From the NCBI GenBank assembly GCA_965218095.1, contig OZ244587.1:448001-512000 (forward strand): a DNA stretch of 64,000 nt. Reading direction: 5' to 3'. The position numbers and the translations under genes were made by a program. Below the pieces are notes generated by a model, which made no database searches, was not told the DNA's origin, and worked only from the letters and a program-made list of their open reading frames with translations. This document shows positions 51,993 through 61,038 of this stretch, piece by piece; position 1 is the stretch's first letter; each line of letters begins with the position of its first letter. The stretch is from Candidatus Poribacteria bacterium. Lineage in GTDB: Bacteria; Poribacteria; WGA-4E; PCPOR2b.

Positions 51993-53440
51993 CAGTTCGT
52001 ATTCTCCACACTGCGCGGAACTTCACTTTTCTCCCGTATCATTTCAAGATCAGCAAGCACGGTTTCTTCTGAACGCCAATCTTCGTGAAAAATTGCATTG
52101 ATTCGTTCATAAATCGCCGCCCGCCGACTCATGCCGTGGAACTGCCGCTCAGTGTCGAGCAACTTTGCCACAAGCGCAACAGGAATTCCTGTGTCATTAC
52201 ATAGCGATTCTAAAATCGCTTTATCAGACGCTGTGAATGTCCCAAGGTCATCTGTTGTCCAGTCGAGCCCTTCGCCGACGACCTCCCGGTAGATTTCCGG
52301 CACTGAATCTTCCCAATCTTGACGCTCTGTCTGCCAGATTTTACGAATCTCCTCAAGTTCTGCCGGAGTGATTAACTCAATGTTTGGCTCGGGGCCTTCC
52401 TGACGAACCTGCTGTTGAGTTTCCAGAAGCATTCGTAGAAGTTGTTTACAAAATTCCATTTTATAGGGGCCGCGAACCAACTGCCCATTTTTATCACTAA
52501 CAAATCCACCACGACGGCGGTGTTCTCGCAATTTCGGTTTGTTTTCCGGCTCCTGCGTCGAGGCGAGGAAGTCCCGAAACTCAAGTAGCGGCATCATCCA
52601 ATCCTCACCGTTGTCAATCATTGCTTCCATTGACTTGTCTTTCGCGACAACAGTACACGTCCAGCACCCAAATCGGCTGTTACCGCAAGAAGGTGTCGTC
52701 TCATCAACGACTAACGGACACTCCCCAGCATTTGCGTTGCGATATAGTGCAAATAACTGCTTGTTGTCATTTCCCCATGGCGAAGGGACTTGAAACAGGT
52801 AAATCCACACATCATTGAGACCGAAATCAACAATCGGCGTATATACAAAAGCGTTGGGTAGTGACGTATGGCGTGAAAGTAGAGAGTCCTTGATTTTGTG
52901 CAGGTTCAACACCTGATCGCGTGTTGTGCTCTCTCCCTTGCGAACACCGAGAATTAGAATGACTTCGCCATGGTCAGCCACTTTGTCAAGTATGAATTGA
53001 TTGGCTGGCTGAATCTTCATCCGGTCGGTACACCAACGAAATTTCGTGTACGGAGCCGGATAACCCTTGCCGATGAGGTTCACCCAAAATGTCTGGTCAA
53101 TTTTCGGTTTCACGACGTGGGTCCGAAACGGCATTCCAGTTTCCTTTGCCTTCTGCTCAATGCGCCCTAACGTGCTAGTGATGTAATCCACAATCACAGG
53201 CGTTTCGACCAGCGTGTCAGACGTAATGACGTAAACCGGCTTTTGGCGTTGCTCAGGTGGAAGTTCTTCGAGCGCGTACCAGATTAGTTGAAGTGCTGTC
53301 GTAGAATCTTTACCACCACTGTAGCCAACGACCCACGGACGGGAATCGCCGAGGTACACCTGTTGAATTTCTTGGTGAATTTCTGATGTTGTTCGGGTAT
53401 CAAAAATCGAATACGCTTTTTCGTCGGTTACTTTGGCCAT
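51992..53440 (-). CDS. dndC: DNA phosphorothioation sulfurtransferase DndC (PAPS-reductase family)
   Basis: PWVVGYSGGKDST, FWVNLIGKGYPAP, RWCTDRMKI, ECPLVVD..PSCGNSRFGCWTCTVV.KDKSM. Confidence 0.95.
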   Translation of the reverse strand: MAKVTDEKAYSIFDTRTTSEIHQEIQQVYLGDSRPWVVGYSGGKDSTTALQLIWYALEELPPEQRQKPVYVITSDTLVETPVIVDYITSTLGRIEQKAKETGMPFRTHVVKPKIDQTFWVNLIGKGYPAPYTKFRWCTDRMKIQPANQFILDKVADHGEVILILGVRKGESTTRDQVLNLHKIKDSLLSRHTSLPNAFVYTPIVDFGLNDVWIYLFQVPSPWGNDNKQLFALYRNANAGECPLVVDETTPSCGNSRFGCWTCTVVAKDKSMEAMIDNGEDWMMPLLEFRDFLASTQEPENKPKLREHRRRGGFVSDKNGQLVRGPYKMEFCKQLLRMLLETQQQVRQEGPEPNIELITPAELEEIRKIWQTERQDWEDSVPEIYREVVGEGLDWTTDDLGTFTASDKAILESLCNDTGIPVALVAKLLDTERQFHGMSRRAAIYERINAIFHEDWRSEETVLADLEMIREKSEVPRSVENTN

Positions 53441-53473
53441 TCAATAAACCTCCTTGGTGTTGATTCTCATTTC

Positions 53474-53502
53474 AGTATAGCAAAAAACAAAGAAGAGTTC
53501 AA
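53474..53502 (-). promoter_or_regulatory. Putative sigma70 promoter of dndCD
   Basis: Minus strand TTGAAC-N17-TATACT with an extended TG, followed by RBS AAGGAGG (53449-53455). Confidence 0.6.
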
Positions 53503-54000
53503 GAAAATTCATACCTCTGTATCTCTGCACCAATATAGAGATGCCAAAAGATGGGTATCGCACGGTGTCGAAATGGGCTCGCCGCAACAATCGCTTTGAA
53601 ACCGCCAATCAGGTCGGTTTCATCTCTCAAAATCTGAGCCTCACGCTTTTCAACGCCGGGTTTTTCAAAACGGGCTTGAAAATCTCCGTCAGATGGGTTG
53701 CCATGGGTATTGGATTCACTTGTTTGGGGTGATATTTTCCTTATCATAATACCTCCTTGAGGTTGTTCGGATAAAGCCTTGATTGTGCGAGGATTCCTTC
53801 ACAACAGCGGATTCAGAAATCGAGTTGAAAACAATCGAAAACATTCCCAAAATCCCGCCCCAAATAGCAAATTTTATCCCATACAGATAATTGGATTGAA
53901 ATTGAGATGACACCTGGTCCCACCAGCGAAACGATTGCCATAACAGTAGATAATGTTCATGCAACGACTGAAGAATTCCGACAGAAAGGAGTTTATATTA

Positions 54001-54790
54001 TTAGGTTCTGTTGACATTTCATCGTAACCAGATAATCGCAGCAACGAAACTCAGAAACCCCAAATAGCGACCCGCCAACTTATCAAAACAACTGAAGATA
54101 CGCCTATAGTGCTTGATTTTGTTGATGAAGCATTCAACCCGATGTCTCTCTCGGTACAGATGCGTATCATAGTCTCGTGACTCACGGCGGTTGATACGGG
54201 GACGAATCACTGGCTCTGCACCCATACGGGTTATCAACTGCACCAATGAATCCGCGTCATACGCTGAGTCAGCTATCACATACTCACTGCTATACCCCTC
54301 CACACAAGTCATGGCGTGGCGTTGTCCAGCCGTCAGCGCAAAACGTAATGGATTGCCTAAGCCATCAACCGTGATGTGAATTTTGGTTGAAAATCCACCC
54401 GCACTACGTCCGAGTGCCTGTGAGGCTTGACCGCCACTTGTTTTCAAAGCCCCTGCAGCACAGGGGTGAGCGCGGCAGATGGTACTGTCACCATATCTGG
54501 GTCGTTGACAAAGTGTTGATGCAGCCGTTGGAAGATGCCTTTATCGCACCAGCGAGCGAATCGTTTATAGACGCTGTTCCAACTGCCGTACTCTTTTGGT
54601 AGGAGTCGCCATTGACTACCACTACGAGTTATCCAAAGCACTGCTTGGACAAAACGTTTTAAGTTCGCTTGCTGTCCGGTGTAGACATCGGAACAGGTTT
54701 GCAGGAATGCTGCTATTTTTGACCATTGATTATCGGATAAGGTAAGTGTTGACATATCGTTATTATGCCATAAATGTCAACACGTCCTAA
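54001..54790 (-). mobile_element. IS5-family insertion sequence, degenerate
   Basis: TIRs TAGGTTCTGTTGACATTT / AAATGTCAACACGTCCTA; transposase homologous to 36662-37487 with small deletions (frameshift near 54490). Confidence 0.92.
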
Positions 54791-54990
54791 GTTGAACGAA
54801 ATTATTTTGGTAATTCGTGCAAAGCAGAGAGATGGGGAACTGGAATGGGGGCGGGGAAGCGAGGAAGAGTGACCCTCATTTGCCTCCCGCATACTCACAC
54901 ACTCCACCGCCTTACAGGGCTTCTGAGGGCATTTTAGGGGTATTTCTATCGCGGTTGGGCAGTCACGTTTGAAAAGCAGCATTTTTGATG

Positions 54991-55019
54991 GTGACAACAG
55001 TTTGATTTTCTGCTATAAT
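54991..55019 (+). promoter_or_regulatory. Putative sigma70 promoter
   Basis: GTGACA-N17-TATAAT with an extended TG, upstream of the FG-GAP gene and folB. Confidence 0.6.
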
Positions 55020-55085
55020 GGCTCTGTCAAACGGCAATCAAACTGACAGCAATTCTCCAACCTATCCACCACGAGAAGAGAACTC

Positions 55086-55967
55086 ATGAAAAAACGATTG
55101 ATGTTGTTTCTTGCCGTGCTGATGATTTGCCAAGCAACCACAACCCACGCCGCTGAAGTCAAACTGACTGCCAGCGACGCGGTGGTAGATGATAACTTCA
55201 GCACTTCGGTCTCCATCAGTGGAGACTGGGCCATCGTCAGTTCTCATCATGACAACCGCGGGGCAGGTTCAGCCTATATCTACCAGCGTGACGAGGAGCT
55301 TTGGAAAGAGCAGGGCAAAGTCAATGCCAAGGATGGGGACAAAAATGACAGTTTCGGCTTTTCCGTCGCTATCAGCGGGGACACTGTCATCGCCGGGATG
55401 CCTCAAGATGATGATGACGGAGCTGACTCCGGCGCGGCGTATGTCTTCGCGCGTAGCGGGAGTAGTTGGAAAGAGCAGGCAAAGCTCACTGCCAGCGACG
55501 CGGCGGCAGGGGACAGGTTCGGCGGTTCCGTCTCTATCAGCGGAAACTCCGCCATCATCGGGACGACTTTGGACGGTGATGCTGCCGGCTCAGCCTATGT
55601 CTATGATGCGACCGGTGATCTTGCCCTTGCTGTCGAGTTATCTGCATTGATGGCAACCACGTTAGGTCAGGTCAAACGGACGGCACTGCTTCAAAACTTT
55701 CCCAATCCGTTTAATCCCGAGACGTGGATTCCGTATCGGTTGGCAGAAGATGCTTCGGTCACGTTGACCATCTCTGACCTAACGGGTTAGGTTGTCCGCA
55801 CGTTCAAAGTCGGACATCAGCCTGCCGCTGTGTATGATTCCAAGGAGCAGGCGATTTACTGGGATGGTCGCAATGACACAGGTGAGCCGGTTTCCAGCGG
55901 AATCTATTTCTACCACCTACAAGCTGGGGACTTTGCCGCGACGAAGAAGCTAATCATTCTGAAGTAA
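55086..55967 (+). pseudogene. Secreted FG-GAP-repeat protein with a FlgD/T9SS-like C-terminal domain, one in-frame TAG
   Basis: KLTASD..FG.SV.ISG..GAAY repeats; LLQNFPNPFNPETWIPY..LTG*VVRT..YWDGRNDTGEPVSSGIYFY..KKLIILK*; TAG at 55788-55790. Confidence 0.85.
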
Positions 55968-56335
55968 TGGACAAAATCACTCTCAAGGGCATTCGATTTC
56001 ACGGCTATCACGGGGTCGCAGAAGCGGAGCGGCAGCTTGGGCAGAAGTATGAAGTGGACCTTGAACTGATGTGCGATCTCTCAGCCGCCGGCAAAACCGC
56101 TGATCTCGCCCACACAATTAACTACGCCCAAGTCGTTCGGCTGGTAGTTGAAATTGGGACACAGCAGTCATTTCAACTCATAGAAGCCCTCGCCGAAACG
56201 ATTGCAGGGGCGATTTTAGCTCGATTTCCAATTGAGGAAGTCCGAATCACTGCAAAGAAGTTATCTCCTCCCATTGAACAGCCTCTGACTTACGCAGCCG
56301 TTGAAATTCACAGAAAGCGGAACCCAAATGGATAA
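55967..56335 (+). CDS. folB: Dihydroneopterin aldolase
   Basis: FHGYHGVAEAERQLGQ, DLAHTINY, LIEALAE. Confidence 0.95.
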   Translation: MDKITLKGIRFHGYHGVAEAERQLGQKYEVDLELMCDLSAAGKTADLAHTINYAQVVRLVVEIGTQQSFQLIEALAETIAGAILARFPIEEVRITAKKLSPPIEQPLTYAAVEIHRKRNPNG

Positions 56336-57599
56336 CCACGTAAACCTATCCTTTCATCAAACATCACAGCCGGCCCCGACCTATCGGGGTTTCATATTTC
56401 ACGTTTCACGTTTCATTCTCAGCGTCTGCTTTCTTCTGATCACCGGTCGATCCGTCCAAGCAGTTGTTCATGGCACTGACCTGTTTCAAGAACTTCATCC
56501 GGGGCTGCGCATTTATCGGTATGATTGGCCTCAACAGGCGTGTATTCTTTATGTCGCCGAAATGGATCGCTCCCATCCCAACCTTCATTTTGAAGCGGCA
56601 ATTGCTAGGGATGCAATCTTGGGAAAGGAAACCGTCAGATCGATTGCGCATCGGCGATCGCAGCGTGATGATCGCCAGGTTTTGGTTGCTGTCAACGGGG
56701 GATTTGGTGTCTTGGGCGATATGAAAGGGTACGGCGGTGCGCTGGAAAATCTGCATATTCAGAATGGTGAGTTGATGACGCAACCCACCGATAAGGAAGC
56801 CTGTTTTGGAGTAACGGCGGACGGCGACTTTCTGATTGGGCCCGTCCAGATGAAAGCTACCGTGACCATAGGGACTCATGCGTTCCCAATCGAGTGCATC
56901 AACCAGAGATTTCTGGATGATTGTAAATCTATCCTTTATACCCCTCGCATGGGTTTCTCGACGCACACGAATCGTAAGCGAGCATACGAGATTATTTTGA
57001 CTGGGCTCAGGCTGCCGATTACGGGCAAATACAAGAATGCGTTCGTGGTCGATCGATTTGGAAAAGGTGGGAATAACCCGATTCCTGAAGAAGGCGCGGC
57101 GATCTCCTTCCGCTCACGGATTGATAAAAAATTGGCGGCTCAATTACACGAGGAAAATCGTGGAAAGATCGAAATTGCATTAGAACCGGCAATCTGGAAT
57201 CGCGTGGTTCACGCGATCGGTGGGCGACTACGACTCGTAAAAAATGGGAAAGTCAATGAACTGCTGGAAAAGAAACACCGCGCTGAAAAAGAACACACGC
57301 TTGGTGAACGAAAGCCTGACCTAGTGCTGAGTTATGAACCGCGGACGGCGCTCGGCTTTAACGATCAGAAGCTGATTCTGATTGTCGCTGATGGACGGCA
57401 GCCGGGGTATAGCACGGGGCTCTCTCTGTATCAGCTAGCAAGCCTTTTTATTGCGCTCGGCGCGATGGATGCTATCAATCTGGATGGCGGTTCATCGAGC
57501 ACTTTTGTTGTTGATGGGAAGGTCGTTAATCGCCCTTCTGGGCAAAGTGAGCGTGATGTCCTCAACGCGGTTTTTATCACTGTTGGTAAGGGGCGGTAA
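56328..57599 (+). CDS. Phosphodiester glycosidase (NAGPA-like) exported protein
   Basis: AVNGGF, PRTALG, VADGRQPGYS.G, AINLDGGSS, VNRPS. Confidence 0.9.
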   Translation: MDNHVNLSFHQTSQPAPTYRGFIFHVSRFILSVCFLLITGRSVQAVVHGTDLFQELHPGLRIYRYDWPQQACILYVAEMDRSHPNLHFEAAIARDAILGKETVRSIAHRRSQRDDRQVLVAVNGGFGVLGDMKGYGGALENLHIQNGELMTQPTDKEACFGVTADGDFLIGPVQMKATVTIGTHAFPIECINQRFLDDCKSILYTPRMGFSTHTNRKRAYEIILTGLRLPITGKYKNAFVVDRFGKGGNNPIPEEGAAISFRSRIDKKLAAQLHEENRGKIEIALEPAIWNRVVHAIGGRLRLVKNGKVNELLEKKHRAEKEHTLGERKPDLVLSYEPRTALGFNDQKLILIVADGRQPGYSTGLSLYQLASLFIALGAMDAINLDGGSSSTFVVDGKVVNRPSGQSERDVLNAVFITVGKGR

Positions 57600-57663
57600 A
57601 GCGTGTAAAGTGGTCGATAGTAGATAATAGGATGCAAAATACGGTGATGTAGGAGGGAACACA

Positions 57664-58719
57664 ATGTCAAATAGACAACGGCTATCAACAATCGCATTCA
57701 TCCTCTTTTCAATTTGCATGTTTGGACCAGGGAACTCCGTGAGTTTCGCGGAAAAACCGAGCATGATTTCCGCAACCACACTTTCCCAAACTGCCGTTGA
57801 GTTACGATTTGATCAAGTGCTAAATCGCAAATCGGCGGAGAATGTGTCAAATTACCGAATCGATCTGGGGGTTGAGATTGAATGGGCGTCGCTTGATCCA
57901 AGAACGAATATCCTGCGTCTATACACCACCCCGCTGGAGATTGATAAAAAATATACGTTGACCATTCAGGGGATAGTCGATCCAGTGAAAAACTTTCCCT
58001 TCACCCTTTCGGACCCAACGGAGATGACTTTCGGTGAAGGGGATGCGGTGACATTTTCGGGCATTTTGCAGGATACTTCTTTGATTGTTCATCCGAAAAA
58101 GAAGATGAAAAACCACAACGCCGGTGGAGAAGAATTCCTATTGTGTACGCCCATGGGGGGTGTCTTCTTCGTCGCTTTCGGGATTATGGAGGCGTTTGAG
58201 GAAATCGGCATCATGGGTACGGATGGGATTTTAGACGCGTCGATCAGTCTCTATGTAGGGTCAGTCGAAAATGATAAACCGCAGCAGCTCATTATTCGGC
58301 GCGTCCTGCTTCCCTGGAAGGAGGGGGTGCAGAAATCACAACCGGCGACGGAAAACGAACTGACTTATAATAGTGCGTTGCACCGAAATCTTCCCTGGAA
58401 TAAGCCGCCGGCGCAAGCCATGCTGGAAGGGATTAACGGCGATAAAGCAACTGATTACAACGGTTCTGAGGATGTCGCATATCGAATTGATAGCATGACA
58501 AAGATCCAGGGGGCTGGAGTACGATATGTTTGGAAGGGAGATTTGGTGACAGACGCTTTCCGCTTTTGGCTTGCCAACCCAGATTATAACTACGGCTACC
58601 TGTTTGCGCTGCGTGATGGGGCCGGATCGGTGCGTTTTACTTCTAAAGAGCATCCCGATGAAACCCGCCGCCCTGTGCTGACGATCCGGTATGCAACGCG
58701 TGTAAAACGTAATGAATAA
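57664..58719 (+). CDS. Exported Ig-like plus DNRLRE-like domain protein
   Basis: Signal peptide; VELRFDQ..SAENVSNY; WLANPDYNYG..FTSKEH..RPVLTIRY. Confidence 0.75.
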   Translation: MSNRQRLSTIAFILFSICMFGPGNSVSFAEKPSMISATTLSQTAVELRFDQVLNRKSAENVSNYRIDLGVEIEWASLDPRTNILRLYTTPLEIDKKYTLTIQGIVDPVKNFPFTLSDPTEMTFGEGDAVTFSGILQDTSLIVHPKKKMKNHNAGGEEFLLCTPMGGVFFVAFGIMEAFEEIGIMGTDGILDASISLYVGSVENDKPQQLIIRRVLLPWKEGVQKSQPATENELTYNSALHRNLPWNKPPAQAMLEGINGDKATDYNGSEDVAYRIDSMTKIQGAGVRYVWKGDLVTDAFRFWLANPDYNYGYLFALRDGAGSVRFTSKEHPDETRRPVLTIRYATRVKRNE

Positions 58720-58750
58720 AGCGTGATGCGTCAAATGCCCATCCTTGTTT

Positions 58751-60049
58751 TCATTGCGTTTCTCGCAGATAGGATCTAATGTGAATCAGTGTCCGCTCAG
58801 ATGCTCCTAAATTCTCCTCGATGACCTGTTTCCCGATTTGTCCCATTCGGGTACACCCCTCCGCATCTGAGAGCAGTGCTTTGAGAACATCTGTTATCTC
58901 TTGCGCGTTATTAACCAACTGAGCCGCCCCTCGCGTTTTCAGCAGGTAAGCCTCATAAGCGTTATGGATGGTGGGCCCGAATAAGATCGGTTTTGCCATC
59001 GCCGCTGGCTCCATCACGTTATGCACGCTCCCGTGAAAACTCCCACCGACAAAAGCAATATCTGCCGACCGATAGAGCTTTGCCAGAAGACCGACTGTGT
59101 CGATCACAATTACGTCAATTTGGCGCAGATCAATGCCCTCCTCAAGTTCCGAAAAACAGATCTGTGAAAATCTCCGGTGCGCTAACTGCGTCCGGATCTC
59201 GCTGATTCGTTCGTCTGTCGGTTCATGGGGAACGAGAATTAAATGAGGCAAGGGCTGCGGCGAATCTTCGCGCAGGCGGTGGCAGGCTTCAAGCAACACC
59301 CGTTCATCCTCCAAATAAGTGCTTCCTGCAATCAAGATTGGGCGTTGCAAGGTTGACTGTCCCGGGAAAAATTCAGCGTTTGCATCAACAGCGATCGCGC
59401 GTTGATAGACGCGATCAAAACGGGTATCCCCTGTGACTTGGATCTGCGCGTGGGGCGGGCAAATTTGGCGAAAGCGTTGCGCATCATCCTCTGAGATGAC
59501 GCAGTGCACCGCAATGTGCCGATGAACATCTTTGAAGAAGGATTGCGCAAAGGGCGCCAAACACCTGGACTTTGGGTGCAGGGTCCCCGCGATGAGAATG
59601 ATCGGAATCCCGTGCTCGGACGCACACCAGACCAAGTTGGGCCAGATGTCAAATTTGGAAAAGATCAGTAAAGATGGCTTGATGATTTCAAGAAGGCGTT
59701 CTGCGTTTCGGGAGGTATCCAATGGCAGATAAATGGCCGCGTCGCGATGGGGATATTTTACGACGTTGGGGTGGACGGAAGGTGAGAAGTAGGTTAAGAC
59801 GATACGCGTCTTGTCTTTGATGGATTCGATTAACGGCTTGGCTTGCTCGAATTCCCCGACGGAGGTGAAATGGAACCAGGCCGTTTGATTAAGCTTTCGT
59901 GCTGGATCCAACTGACTTTCGAGTGAATCGAAAACGCTTCGCCGCCCGGCAATCCCTTGGCGGATCTTGGGACTAAACCGGGCAGCAGTGTAAAATCCAG
60001 TGGCTAACGCGGGAATTGCAATCGTATTATAGAGCGTTTTCCAGATCAT
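58751..60049 (-). CDS. waaA: 3-deoxy-D-manno-octulosonic acid (Kdo) transferase
   Basis: WFHFTSVGEFEQAKP, YLPLD, TGDTRFD, AGST, LVPHE, AFVGGSF..HNVMEPA. Confidence 0.92.
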   Translation of the reverse strand: MIWKTLYNTIAIPALATGFYTAARFSPKIRQGIAGRRSVFDSLESQLDPARKLNQTAWFHFTSVGEFEQAKPLIESIKDKTRIVLTYFSPSVHPNVVKYPHRDAAIYLPLDTSRNAERLLEIIKPSLLIFSKFDIWPNLVWCASEHGIPIILIAGTLHPKSRCLAPFAQSFFKDVHRHIAVHCVISEDDAQRFRQICPPHAQIQVTGDTRFDRVYQRAIAVDANAEFFPGQSTLQRPILIAGSTYLEDERVLLEACHRLREDSPQPLPHLILVPHEPTDERISEIRTQLAHRRFSQICFSELEEGIDLRQIDVIVIDTVGLLAKLYRSADIAFVGGSFHGSVHNVMEPAAMAKPILFGPTIHNAYEAYLLKTRGAAQLVNNAQEITDVLKALLSDAEGCTRMGQIGKQVIEENLGASERTLIHIRSYLRETQ

Positions 60050-60050
60050 G

Positions 60051-60079
60051 GAACGTAAAACGTAAAACGTAAAACGTAA
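60051..60079. repeat. Heptamer tandem repeat (aacgtaa x4)
   Basis: gaacgtaaaacgtaaaacgtaaaacgtaa, followed by complementary tttcacg/ttttacg units. Confidence 0.85.
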
Positions 60080-60186
60080 GGCTTTCACGCATTCCGTTTT
60101 ACGCATCACGCTTACCTCAACTCTGAGAAGACCTCAGAAAATCTGTTATTTGGTGGAGGAATCAGTGACTTGATGATTCGCTTCTC

Positions 60187-60522
60187 TTAAAGCGCAGACA
60201 GGATCTTTGTCTTCAGCACATTTTTCGCGTTCCCTTGAGGGACGCCGGCAATCTGATCTGCAACTTCTCCATCCTTGAACACTAGCAGTGTCGGGATACT
60301 ACGAATGCCGTACTTCATTGCTGTTTCACGGTTGTCATCAACGTTGAGTTTACCCACCTTGAATTCGTCTACATGCTCATCAGCAAGCTGTTCCATGATT
60401 GGGGCAATCATTTTGCATGGGCTGCACCATTCCGCCCAAAAATCAACGACAATTGGAATATCTGAATTCATGACAGTATCTTCAAAATTAGTGTCAGTGA
60501 TTTCTAAAACATTTTCAGCCAT
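60187..60522 (-). CDS. trxA: Thioredoxin
   Basis: VDFWAEWCSPCK, YGIRSIPTLL. Confidence 0.95.
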   Translation of the reverse strand: MAENVLEITDTNFEDTVMNSDIPIVVDFWAEWCSPCKMIAPIMEQLADEHVDEFKVGKLNVDDNRETAMKYGIRSIPTLLVFKDGEVADQIAGVPQGNAKNVLKTKILSAL

Positions 60523-60842
60523 GAGTTTTCTTCTCCTTACAGCTAGTAAATTGATAGACTCAGTTTATTTTTATTCATTTGGCAACCCAAGCATAGGGAC
60601 AAGTTGCATGTCAGGCTTTATCCTGAGACAACTAAAATCGGAAATGAGGGAAATTGTTGCCAATTTTGATATTTGACAACCCTTTAGGCCGGTTCGTTGG
60701 AGGCCGGAATGACAGCCCACAATGGTTATGCGATGATTGCATGTCATTATGGCACATTTTGCTTTTGGGAGTATTGCTCAATTTCAAATTTTCACTCACT
60801 TCAGATAAGTGAACTTATAGCGAGTAAAACGTGCTCTTCTCC

Positions 60843-60911
60843 CGTCATCCTCAGCGAAGTGAAGGATCTCTTGCACCTTAAGAGGAGATTCTTCGCTGCA
60901 TTCTATTAGAC
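60843..60911. repeat. Degenerate palindromic extragenic element
   Basis: gtcatcctcagcgaagtgaaggatctc..gagattcttcgctgca, resembling the widespread GTCATCCTGAGCGAAG..AGATTCTTCGCT repeat type. Confidence 0.6.
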
Positions 60912-61038
60912 TTCCAAGAAACTACCCGCAATGGGTTCAGTGTAAAAAATGCTCACCCTATTGTCAAAAACAGGTTAATATGGTACCCTACAAAAGCGAG
61001 GGAGTCAATAATATTACTGTAAGTCCCCTGACAATCTG

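Noticed and set aside
53499-53964. Short ORFs upstream of dndC as dndB or dndE
   Set aside because: No DGQHR (DndB) or DndE-like motifs; they look like unrelated debris and lie upstream of the predicted dndC promoter.
12686-55790. Stop-codon reassignment (TAG as Gln or pyrrolysine) to explain in-frame TAGs
   Set aside because: TAG ends conserved genes at their natural C-termini (nadC, tpiA, rlpA); interruptions also use TAA and TGA; and the expected residues differ (Trp versus Gln).
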